Shown here: piece after piece, positions 8,378 to 16,140 of the stretch | Layout of the letters: each line of letters begins with the position of its first letter | Numbering within the stretch: position 1 is the first letter of the stretch | Notes under the pieces: generated by a model | The model's database searches: none | The model's input: only the letters and a program-made list of their open reading frames with translations | What the model was told of the DNA's origin: nothing | Assembly (NCBI GenBank): GCA_035390665.1 | Contig: DAOOUC010000002.1 | Span: 1 to 32,000 of the forward strand | Origin: an archaeon | GTDB taxonomy: Archaea; Iainarchaeota; Iainarchaeia; Iainarchaeales; CSSED10-239 | Length of the DNA: 32,000 bases | Direction: 5' to 3' | Translations under genes and position numbers: made by a program

Positions 8378-8794
8378 ATGAAAGTAATAAATGCAAAAAA
8401 TAAAATTTTAGGAAGACTTTGTACAGAGATTTCTTCTGCTCTTTTAAGAGAACAAGATAAGATTATTGTTGTTAATGCAAATGATGCAATAATAACTGGT
8501 CAAAAAGACAACATAATGGAAAGATTCCAAGAAAGAACACATAGAAGAGGAAAAGGAAATCCATCAAAGAATGCAAAATATCCAAGATATCCAGATAAGA
8601 TGGTAAAGTTTGCAGTAAGAGGAATGCTTCCAAGAAATGCAAGAGGAACTGCAGCATTAAAGAAATTAAAAGTATTTATTGATGCTCCAGAGGAATATCA
8701 AAAAGACTTACCAAAAGCAGTCGAAGTTCCGAAAGTTAAAGGAATGAAATTAAATGAAATTTGTAAATTATTAGGTGCAAAATTAAAAATTTAA
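8378..8794 (+). CDS. rpl13: 50S ribosomal protein L13 (uL13)
   Basis: VINAKNKILGRLCTEISSALL...MLPRNARG typical of L13. GGTGA SD. Confidence 0.9.
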   Translation: MKVINAKNKILGRLCTEISSALLREQDKIIVVNANDAIITGQKDNIMERFQERTHRRGKGNPSKNAKYPRYPDKMVKFAVRGMLPRNARGTAALKKLKVFIDAPEEYQKDLPKAVEVPKVKGMKLNEICKLLGAKLKI

Positions 8795-8809
8795 ATTGTG
8801 TGAAAAAAT

Positions 8810-9211
8810 ATGGTAAAATATCATTGTGTAAAAGCTTCAAGAAAGAAAGCAATAGGAAGATGTATGGTTAAACCTGGAACAGGTAAAATTCATATTAATG
8901 GTGCTCCATTAGAGGCCTATTATAGCGGTTATAAACAAGGATTAATAAGAGAGCCAATGCTTCTTTTAGACGAAGAATCAAATAAACTTGATTATTTTGT
9001 TAATGTTAAAGGCGGAGGAATAATGTCTCAAGTTCAAACAGTAAGATCTTGTATTGCAAAAGGAATCCTTGCTTTTAATAATAAAGAAAAATTAAAAGAA
9101 AAAATTATGAGATATGATAGACACCTTCTTGTCGATGATGTAAGACAAAAAGAACCTAAGAAACAATTAGGTAAAGGTGCAAGAAAGAAGAAACAACACT
9201 CTAAAAGGTGA
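8810..9211 (+). CDS. rps9: 30S ribosomal protein S9 (uS9)
   Basis: GRCMVKPGTGKIHINGAPLE...VKGGGIMSQVQTVRSCIAKGIL...DDVRQKEPKK.GKGARKKKQHSKR typical of S9. Confidence 0.9.
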   Translation: MVKYHCVKASRKKAIGRCMVKPGTGKIHINGAPLEAYYSGYKQGLIREPMLLLDEESNKLDYFVNVKGGGIMSQVQTVRSCIAKGILAFNNKEKLKEKIMRYDRHLLVDDVRQKEPKKQLGKGARKKKQHSKR

Positions 9212-9218
9212 AATATAT

Positions 9219-9413
9219 ATGATTTGTCCTGTAAGATGCTTTTCCTGTGGTCAGGTTGTTGCTCACAAATATGATGAGTATGTTAAATTAACTACTAAAG
9301 AAAAAAAAAGCCCAGAAGAAGCACTTAATATTTTAGGTATAAAAAAATATTGTTGTAGAAGAATGTATTTAACACATGTTGAAGTCATTGATGACATTAT
9401 GAAATATAATTAA
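9219..9413 (+). CDS. rpoN: DNA-directed RNA polymerase subunit N (Rpo10)
   Basis: MICPVRCFSCGQVVAHKYDEY...YCCRRMYLTHV is the RpoN/Rpb10 zinc motif. AAGGTGA SD at 9205-9211. The track start at 9177 lies inside S9 and is rejected. Confidence 0.9.
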   Translation: MICPVRCFSCGQVVAHKYDEYVKLTTKEKKSPEEALNILGIKKYCCRRMYLTHVEVIDDIMKYN

Positions 9414-9425
9414 ATGTGAAAAATT

Positions 9426-10289
9426 ATGGATAAGAAAGCAGTAAAAGAAACTCAAGATAAACCACAAAATTCTGGAAGAACATTAGTAAATGTTGATTTA
9501 TATTTAAAAAACGGAATACATATTGGAACTAAATATAAAAACGGGCCAATGAGAAAATTTGTATTTAAGTCAAGAAATGATAAAATCAATGTCATGGATG
9601 TTCAAGGAATCGATAAAAGAATAAAGATGTCTGTTGATTTTATTTCAAAATATGAACCACAAGATGTTGTATTTATTTCAAGAAAGAAATATGCACTTCC
9701 AGGGGTTAAGATTTTAGAACAAGCATTTGGTTATAAGTCTAAGTTAAATAGATTTATTCCAGGAACTTTTACAAATCCTGAATCAGAACACTTTATTGAA
9801 CCTAAATTAGTTTTTATTGCAGATCCTAATGTTGATAGACAAGCAATTATTGAAAGCACAAAAGCAAATATTCCAGTAATTGCTCTTTGTACAACTTCAA
9901 GTAATACAAGGAATGTTGATTTTATTATTCCTTATAACAATAAAGGAAGAAAATCAGTTGCTTTGTATTTTTGGATATTAATTAGAGAGCTTGAATTAAG
10001 AAACGGAGTTATTAAATCAGATAAAGACTTTGCATACACAATTGATGACTTAGTATATAATTCAGAAAATGGAGAAAAAGAAGTAGATGAAGAAAATGTT
10101 GTTTCAAGAAAAAGAGTTAGAAAAGTAAGTTCTAAAACACCAACAAGAAGACCAACAACAGCAAGAAAACCAACAGACGCTCCAAGAAGACCATACACAA
10201 GAAGAACACCAATTACAACACCAGCAGCAACAACACCTGTTGCAACAGAAACAGCAGCAGAAACTCCAAAAGTTGAAGAAAAAGTATAA
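9426..10289 (+). CDS. rps2: 30S ribosomal protein S2 (uS2) with a ~60-aa Pro/Thr/Arg-rich C-terminal tail
   Basis: LYLKNGIHIGTKYKNGPMRKFVFKSRNDKINVMDV...PVIALCTTSSNTRNVDFIIPYNNKGRKSVAL is the uS2 core. Confidence 0.9.
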   Translation: MDKKAVKETQDKPQNSGRTLVNVDLYLKNGIHIGTKYKNGPMRKFVFKSRNDKINVMDVQGIDKRIKMSVDFISKYEPQDVVFISRKKYALPGVKILEQAFGYKSKLNRFIPGTFTNPESEHFIEPKLVFIADPNVDRQAIIESTKANIPVIALCTTSSNTRNVDFIIPYNNKGRKSVALYFWILIRELELRNGVIKSDKDFAYTIDDLVYNSENGEKEVDEENVVSRKRVRKVSSKTPTRRPTTARKPTDAPRRPYTRRTPITTPAATTPVATETAAETPKVEEKV

Positions 10290-10359
10290 ATAAATAGGTT
10301 TATTTATTTATCGATAATATATATATAATAGTTTTAATTAATTAAGGTGAAAAAGGCAA

Positions 10360-11085
10360 ATGCAAAATAATAAAGTATTAAATTTATTGTTAGAGTTTGG
10401 ATTAACAGAATATGAAGCAAAAACTTTGACAACTTTATTTAATTTTGTAGAAGCTGATGCTCCACACATTAGTAGGAATGCAGAAATTCCAAAAACAAGA
10501 ATTTACGATGTTCTAGAAAAATTAAAAGAAAGAGGATTGGTTCTTGAAGTTTATGGTAGGCCAAAAAGATATAAGGTAATAGAACCAAACGAGATTTTTA
10601 AATATTTAATGGATGAAAAACAGAAACAATTATCTGGTCTTGATAAACAAGTAAAAGATATTTTAAGTAAAGACAATTGGATGGCACAAGTTAATTCTGT
10701 TCAAGAAAAAATATTACAAGTTAAAAGTATTAAAGATTATAACAAAATATTATCTCAAGAATTTGAAGGTGCTGAAAAATCAATTACTGGTTTTACACGT
10801 TTTGACGAAAGAATCGATGCATTTAGATCAATTTATGAAAAACCAGAAGTTTCAGTAAATTTAATATCTAAACCATTGTCAAAAGACTACGACTTACCAA
10901 GCAATTTTAAGATTCAAGAAAAAGATCACTCAATGGATGCTTTTATTGTTGATAAGAATAAAGTTATTATGTCATTAAATGATTTGTCAACACCAAAAGA
11001 AACATATCATTTAACTATTTTAAAAAACAATCCAAGTTTAACAAAAGCAATAACTACTCATTTTGATGATTATTGGAAAAAGTAG
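10360..11085 (+). CDS. TrmB-family transcriptional regulator (N-terminal winged HTH)
   Basis: LLEFGLTEYEAKTLTTLFNFVEADAPHISRNAEIPKTRIYDVLEKLKERGLV is a typical TrmB HTH. AAGGTGA SD. Confidence 0.8.
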   Translation: MQNNKVLNLLLEFGLTEYEAKTLTTLFNFVEADAPHISRNAEIPKTRIYDVLEKLKERGLVLEVYGRPKRYKVIEPNEIFKYLMDEKQKQLSGLDKQVKDILSKDNWMAQVNSVQEKILQVKSIKDYNKILSQEFEGAEKSITGFTRFDERIDAFRSIYEKPEVSVNLISKPLSKDYDLPSNFKIQEKDHSMDAFIVDKNKVIMSLNDLSTPKETYHLTILKNNPSLTKAITTHFDDYWKK

Positions 11086-11100
11086 TTTTTCTCTTTTTTT
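11086..11100 (+). terminator. Oligo-T tract (TTTTTCTCTTTTTTT), a likely archaeal terminator after the TrmB-like gene
   Basis: T5 and T7 runs directly after the stop codon. Archaeal RNAP terminates at oligo-T. Confidence 0.5.
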
Positions 11101-11115
11101 ATTTAAATAAAAAGC

Positions 11116-11125
11116 TTTAAATATA
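11116..11125 (+). promoter_or_regulatory. TATA box TTTAAATATA with an A-rich BRE-like upstream flank, for the small pilin gene
   Basis: AAAAAGC-TTTAAATATA ends 22 nt before the ATG and no SD is present, so the mRNA is probably leaderless. The same TTTAAATATA decamer recurs at 14336 and 25496. Confidence 0.45.
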
Positions 11126-11146
11126 TTTGTAGCTTTAAGACTATTT

Positions 11147-11464
11147 ATGTTTAAATTTAAGAGATTAAATTCTAAAGGGCAAGGCACTCTTGAGATGTTA
11201 ATAATACTTGGAATATTAATTCTTGGAGCAGTTATTTTTTCAATGATCTATATTGGGAATATAAGAAAAGAAAATAAAGTAAATAAATCAGAAGACACCT
11301 CTGTTTCAGACTTTAATTCTTCACTATACACTTATGAAGTTCCTGCACAAACTGGTTTTAATTTTAATTTTGAAGATGCCCTAATTTCTATTAGTTTATT
11401 ATCCTTAATTGGAATGTTTAGGCCAATTCCTATTTTTAAGATAATCAACCAGAAAGTAATATAA
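11147..11464 (+). CDS. Small type IV pilin-like protein (class III signal peptide, QxSxE/DUF361-like)
   Basis: MFKFKRLNSKG|QGTLEMLIILGILILGAVIF has a basic N-terminus, a K-G cleavage context, Gln at +1, Glu at +5 and a hydrophobic helix. Confidence 0.65.
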   Translation: MFKFKRLNSKGQGTLEMLIILGILILGAVIFSMIYIGNIRKENKVNKSEDTSVSDFNSSLYTYEVPAQTGFNFNFEDALISISLLSLIGMFRPIPIFKIINQKVI

Positions 11465-11487
11465 ATATTCTTATCTTTAAATTAATA

Positions 11488-14325
11488 ATGAAAAGAAATA
11501 TTTATTTATTACTATTAATTAGTTTAATTCTATTTGTAAGTGTTGTTTATGCAAAAGAAAGCACTGTAGAAGAATCACAAATAGAAGAAGGCAATTTAGA
11601 CTTTTACAAATATCCAGATGTATTTTATCCACCAGAAGAAGAACTTGCAAAGCAAGGCATGACTTTAGAAAGTTACAAGCAAGCATTAAAGCGAAGCGCG
11701 CCAAAGAATCGAAACTCAAGTGTCAACAACATTTGGGGCACATGTCCAACAACTGGAACAGTAAAGATTCCAGTGTTGCTTGTAAAATTTTCTGACAAAA
11801 ACATCACAACTTACAATTTATCAGATATTAATAATTATTTTAATTCACAAGACATCAATTCTAATTTTATAAGTGTGAGCAAATACTATAATATGCAATC
11901 ATATGGAACTCTTAATTTTGTCTTCGATGTTTACGATTGGACAACCATGCCACAAACTTTTGCTTACTATTCAGCAAATAATGTTACCGAATATCAATTA
12001 CCAATTGATGCGTATACTACTTTCAATCCATCTGTAGATTTTGCACAATATGATAACGATAATGATGGCAGAATTGATGGTGCAGTTATAATTTATCCAG
12101 ATATTGGAAAAACTACCTCGTTAGGAATTTGGCCACAAACACGAATCTTAAAAGCAGATTTTGATTATTTATTTGATAACAAATATTTAGGAAATACTTC
12201 GTTAGTTTCTGAAAGAAAAAGTGACACTTCCAATTATTTTGCAACAGTAATAGCAATACACGAGCTTGCACACATTCTTGGACTTCCGGATTTATATTCT
12301 TTAAATCCGCAAGGAACTTTTGATGAAGGACCAATTTATCAAATGTCTATGATGATATTTAAAGATTATACGTCAACAACAAATCATTGTTTAAATAAAC
12401 CAATTAATCTTGATGTTTGGTCAAGATATTTTTTAGGTTGGATAACTCCAAAAGAGTTGAATACTTTTGATGATAAAAATCAAACTTTAAGAAGTGTAAA
12501 TTATTATCCTGATGCTGTAATATTAAAAAATAATAATCTTTTAGATAGAGAATATTTTATAATTGAAAATAGACAGAGAGACTCAAATGTATCTAATTTA
12601 GATAAATGCCTGTTTTCTAATTCTTCGCCGTACAATATCGGAGGTTTTGCAATTTATCATGTTGATGAGAATAAAATTGAAGCCCATTATCCAAATATAA
12701 ATGGCAATGTTAATTGGGATCCAGATGGTAATTATTATGATGATACAACCAGGCCAGGAATAACTTATGAGAAAAATTATGTTACTTCTTTAAATTCATT
12801 TACAATACAAGTTGCAGATTTATATTATTATCAAAACACCCTTCCCGGAATTAGGGAGTATTTTGATGAAAACCATCATTTAAGACCAGGATATACAACA
12901 TTTGATATGACAACAAAATCATATTCAGGAAATCCAAATCCATTAATTAGATTCCAAGCATGGTCTGGGCCAACAGATAATATTAAAACGGCAACAATAT
13001 TGATTGCAGAAGATACAATTACTCCAATAATCGATTACAATAGTGGAACTTATCCAGAAGGAACGGAGTTTGTTATTTCTACGACAACTCCAGATTCAAT
13101 AATTTATTATACAACTGATGGATCAACTCCAAATTTTAATTCTCCCCAAATAGAAAGTGGCTCTGCAATAACATTGCCTGTTGGAACAATAACATTAAAA
13201 GCAATGGCGAAAGGGGAAGATTATTATAAAAGTGAAATTATTACCAGAACATACACAATAACCGGGACAGTTGCTAATCCACAAGCAACACCAGCAAGTG
13301 GTTTTGTAGATTATGGTACCCAAGTTAGTTTAAGCACAACAACTGATGGAGCAACAATAAGATATATTCTAGATGGAAGCGAACCAACAGAGAGTAGTTC
13401 AATTTATAGTTCTCCAATAACCATAACACAAGACACAATAATAAAAGCAAGAGCATTTAAAGAAAATTGGCAACCAAGCGATATAGTTGAATTTAACTAT
13501 ACAGTAAATGTAGTTGTTGCACCTGTTGCTTCACAAGAATCAGGAGTATTAGATTTTAGAACTCCAGTTACTTTAAGTACTACAACAACTGGAGCAACAA
13601 TAAGATATACAATAGATGGAACAGAACCAACAGCAACTTCACCAATATATACTTATCCAATATATGTTGTAAGGCCAATTACATTAAAAGCAAAAACATT
13701 TAAGACAGGACAAGAACCAAGTGATACATCAAGTTATGATTATCAAGTAAAATTATCAAATCCTAAATTTAATATTGATTCAGGAAATTATCCATTTACT
13801 ACTAAAATAATTTTAACATCAGATGTTCCAGGAGTACAAATATATTATACAACAGATGGATCTGATCCTAATGATGGACAATTATATACTGCTCCATTAA
13901 GATTATTAGAAGATACACAACTAAGAGTAATATCAAAAAGAATAGATTATGTTGATAGTGATATTATACAAAAAGATTATAGCATATCTCATCAAGAACA
14001 ACAAGTTCCAACACTATTAATAAATCCAAGAACCCCGAGAGCTTATGAAAATTTTGATATAACATATATAACAGAAAGACATTGGGAAGACGATATTAAT
14101 TTTTCAATAAATAATATGAATGGTTGTACTTTTAATTTAAGACATCCATTGCTATATAATGATGGCCATTATAGTTATTATATTTTTGAAAACAATAGAT
14201 GTATAAGAAGACAACAAAGAAGATTAACTTTTGTTGCAAGTAATCAGAACGATTTAGAAAGAGTAGATACAGAAATAACAATACTAGATTCTGGAATAAC
14301 AGCAATTGCTGTTGGACGAGAATGA
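11488..14325 (+). CDS. Secreted M6/immune-inhibitor-A-like zinc metalloprotease with four C-terminal CHB_HEX_C-like repeats
   Basis: Sec signal MKRNIYLLLLISLILFVSVVYA. The IPVLLVKFSD beta-strand motif and HELAHILGLPDLY (HExxHxxGxPDxY, nt 12259-12297) are typical of M6 peptidases. Four ~80-aa repeats carry the YTTDGS.P / IRYT.DG.EPT signature. Confidence 0.75.
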   Translation: MKRNIYLLLLISLILFVSVVYAKESTVEESQIEEGNLDFYKYPDVFYPPEEELAKQGMTLESYKQALKRSAPKNRNSSVNNIWGTCPTTGTVKIPVLLVKFSDKNITTYNLSDINNYFNSQDINSNFISVSKYYNMQSYGTLNFVFDVYDWTTMPQTFAYYSANNVTEYQLPIDAYTTFNPSVDFAQYDNDNDGRIDGAVIIYPDIGKTTSLGIWPQTRILKADFDYLFDNKYLGNTSLVSERKSDTSNYFATVIAIHELAHILGLPDLYSLNPQGTFDEGPIYQMSMMIFKDYTSTTNHCLNKPINLDVWSRYFLGWITPKELNTFDDKNQTLRSVNYYPDAVILKNNNLLDREYFIIENRQRDSNVSNLDKCLFSNSSPYNIGGFAIYHVDENKIEAHYPNINGNVNWDPDGNYYDDTTRPGITYEKNYVTSLNSFTIQVADLYYYQNTLPGIREYFDENHHLRPGYTTFDMTTKSYSGNPNPLIRFQAWSGPTDNIKTATILIAEDTITPIIDYNSGTYPEGTEFVISTTTPDSIIYYTTDGSTPNFNSPQIESGSAITLPVGTITLKAMAKGEDYYKSEIITRTYTITGTVANPQATPASGFVDYGTQVSLSTTTDGATIRYILDGSEPTESSSIYSSPITITQDTIIKARAFKENWQPSDIVEFNYTVNVVVAPVASQESGVLDFRTPVTLSTTTTGATIRYTIDGTEPTATSPIYTYPIYVVRPITLKAKTFKTGQEPSDTSSYDYQVKLSNPKFNIDSGNYPFTTKIILTSDVPGVQIYYTTDGSDPNDGQLYTAPLRLLEDTQLRVISKRIDYVDSDIIQKDYSISHQEQQVPTLLINPRTPRAYENFDITYITERHWEDDINFSINNMNGCTFNLRHPLLYNDGHYSYYIFENNRCIRRQQRRLTFVASNQNDLERVDTEITILDSGITAIAVGRE
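13018..13986 (+). repeat. Four tandem ~240-nt coding repeats (chitobiase/hexosaminidase C-terminal-like domains) inside the protease gene
   Basis: Repeat units start near 13018, 13261, 13507 and 13750. Units 2 and 3 share DNA identity, including a 19-nt run ggagcaacaataagatata. Confidence 0.7.
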
Positions 14326-14335
14326 TACGAAAAGA

Positions 14336-14345
14336 TTTAAATATA
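14336..14345 (+). promoter_or_regulatory. TATA box TTTAAATATA with a GAAAAGA BRE-like flank, for the pilin-signal adhesin gene
   Basis: Same decamer as at 11116. It lies 46 nt before the ATG, with a TGTGA SD-like motif in between. Confidence 0.45.
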
Positions 14346-14390
14346 CTAATAATGTATATTTAGATATATATTTAGAAATGTGATTAATAA

Positions 14391-16139
14391 ATGTTTAAAT
14401 CAAAAAAAGGACAAATTGCTTTAGAAGTATTAGTAATATTTGGTGTTTTAGTTATCGGTTCAATAATTTTTGGACTATTTTATATGAATAATGTTAAAGA
14501 CATTTTAGTTGAAGGACCAGGAACTAAACAAGATAAGAATGGCGGCGGAGATGTTTATGATGATTTAGAAGGTTCTTTAATATACAATGAAGAACAACAG
14601 ATTGGATCTAGTTCTCACGGTATAACCGGAGGTAGCGGAGGTTCTAGTGGGACAGGAGGAACAGACGACCCAGAAGACCCACCAGTTCCATATTGTGGAG
14701 ATGGGGAGTGTAATGGAACAGAAACCACAATTAGTTGTCCACAAGATTGTACAGCAGGATATTTCTTTGGAAGTTTGGAATTAAGTATATTACCAGAAGA
14801 TATAGCTTATACTACAGATAAAATTACAATTAATGTAACATTTGAAAGTGACGCGCAATCTTCTCAAATATCACAAATTAATATAAAAAAATACAATTTA
14901 GATGATTATGCTTATTATGATACAATAGATTGTGGATTAATGGATTATGATAATAATTATACTTATTTAAATGTAGGAGAATTATTGCCATTACAACCAG
15001 GATATTTAACAGGTTCTTTTGATTTTATTTGTAATCAATCAGGATACTATGAATTTACTTTTTCTATAAATACAGGAGAAGACACTATAACTAATTATAT
15101 AAATAAAGAAATCGTAGAACCAGAGCAACCATTAGAATTTATTTCAGTCTGGGATACAGATTATACTGGTTCTGGACTTACAAAAAATAATGAAATCTTA
15201 CTTCCTTTAATTAATAGTGGAAATTATGATTTTTATGTAGATTGGGGAGATGGGGAAATAACGCACATTACAAATAATGATAGCAAAACAGTGCTTTATG
15301 CATTTTCTGGTGTTGACTACGATGGTGTAGCAAAACACGAATATATTCGCCCAGGAGAATATATTGTTACAATAACAGGGACAATAGAAGGATTTACTTT
15401 TGTAAGACCAGATTTTATGGGTGGCGTTCCAGTTGATGCAATAAAATTAAAAGAAATTTCACAATGGGGGCCTTTAAGATTAGGAAGTCAAGGACAATAT
15501 TTTAAAAGTGCACAAAATTTAGTAATAACTGCAACAGATTTATTAGATACCAGTGATGTAACTGATATGTCTTACATGTTTTCAGAATGTACATTAACTG
15601 ATGTTCCAAGGATAAGCGAATGGGACACCTCAAACGTAACAGATATGAGCCGTATGTTTTATTATTCACCTAATTTCAATCAGCCACTATCATTTGATAC
15701 TTCAAATGTAAGAGATATGAGTCACATGTTTTATTATGCGACAAAGTTTAATTCTGTAATTGATTTTGATACTTCAAATGTTGTGAATATGCAATCTATG
15801 TTTGAAGGCGCTAGAAAATTTAATCAGCCACTATCATTTAATACTTCAAATGTAACAGATATGAGTTATATGTTTTATGCTGCTGAAGATTTTAATTCAT
15901 CTATAAATTTTAATACATCAAGTGTTACCAATATGGCCAACATGTTTAATTTTGCACGGAATTTTAATCAACCATTAAACTTTGATACTTCAAATGTAAC
16001 CAATATGGACGGGATGTTTTATTTTGCAGAGAATTTTGATCAAAACATAAGTAATTGGAATGTAAATTATGTACTCTCATGGGTCTATATGTTTGAGGGC
16101 TGCCCAATACGAAATGAGTATAAACCACAGTTTAGATAG
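14391..16139 (+). CDS. Pilin-signal (class III) protein fused to a Gly/Ser linker, a Cys-rich module and eight DUF285/BspA-like repeats; putative pilus-displayed adhesin
   Basis: MFKSKKG|QIALEVLVIFGVLVIGSIIF has Gln +1 and Glu +5. A GGSGGSSGTGGT linker and YCGDGECNGTETTISCPQDC follow. FISVWDTDYTG...YDFYVDWGDGE precedes 24-aa repeats of the form DTSNVTDMSxMFYxAxxFNQPLSF. Confidence 0.75.
   Translation: MFKSKKGQIALEVLVIFGVLVIGSIIFGLFYMNNVKDILVEGPGTKQDKNGGGDVYDDLEGSLIYNEEQQIGSSSHGITGGSGGSSGTGGTDDPEDPPVPYCGDGECNGTETTISCPQDCTAGYFFGSLELSILPEDIAYTTDKITINVTFESDAQSSQISQINIKKYNLDDYAYYDTIDCGLMDYDNNYTYLNVGELLPLQPGYLTGSFDFICNQSGYYEFTFSINTGEDTITNYINKEIVEPEQPLEFISVWDTDYTGSGLTKNNEILLPLINSGNYDFYVDWGDGEITHITNNDSKTVLYAFSGVDYDGVAKHEYIRPGEYIVTITGTIEGFTFVRPDFMGGVPVDAIKLKEISQWGPLRLGSQGQYFKSAQNLVITATDLLDTSDVTDMSYMFSECTLTDVPRISEWDTSNVTDMSRMFYYSPNFNQPLSFDTSNVRDMSHMFYYATKFNSVIDFDTSNVVNMQSMFEGARKFNQPLSFNTSNVTDMSYMFYAAEDFNSSINFNTSSVTNMANMFNFARNFNQPLNFDTSNVTNMDGMFYFAENFDQNISNWNVNYVLSWVYMFEGCPIRNEYKPQFR
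15546..16110 (+). repeat. Eight tandem 72-nt (24-codon) coding repeats, with 34-nt near-identical DNA copies 144 nt apart
   Basis: caatcagccactatcatttgatacttcaaatgta (15677-15710) versus taatcagccactatcatttaatacttcaaatgta (15821-15854). tttgatacttcaaatgt recurs at about 15693, 15765 and 15981. Confidence 0.8.
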
Positions 16140-16140
16140 T

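Noticed and set aside
9177-9218. ORF-track N-terminal extensions: RpoN from 9177, L7Ae from TTG 16675, aIF2-gamma from TTG 19922, PIN from GTG 21081, DUF106 from TTG 4378.
   Set aside because: In each case a downstream ATG fits better. It has a properly spaced GGTGA/GGAGG SD or matches the conserved family N-terminus (for example MICPVRCFSCG for RpoN). The extensions overlap the preceding gene.
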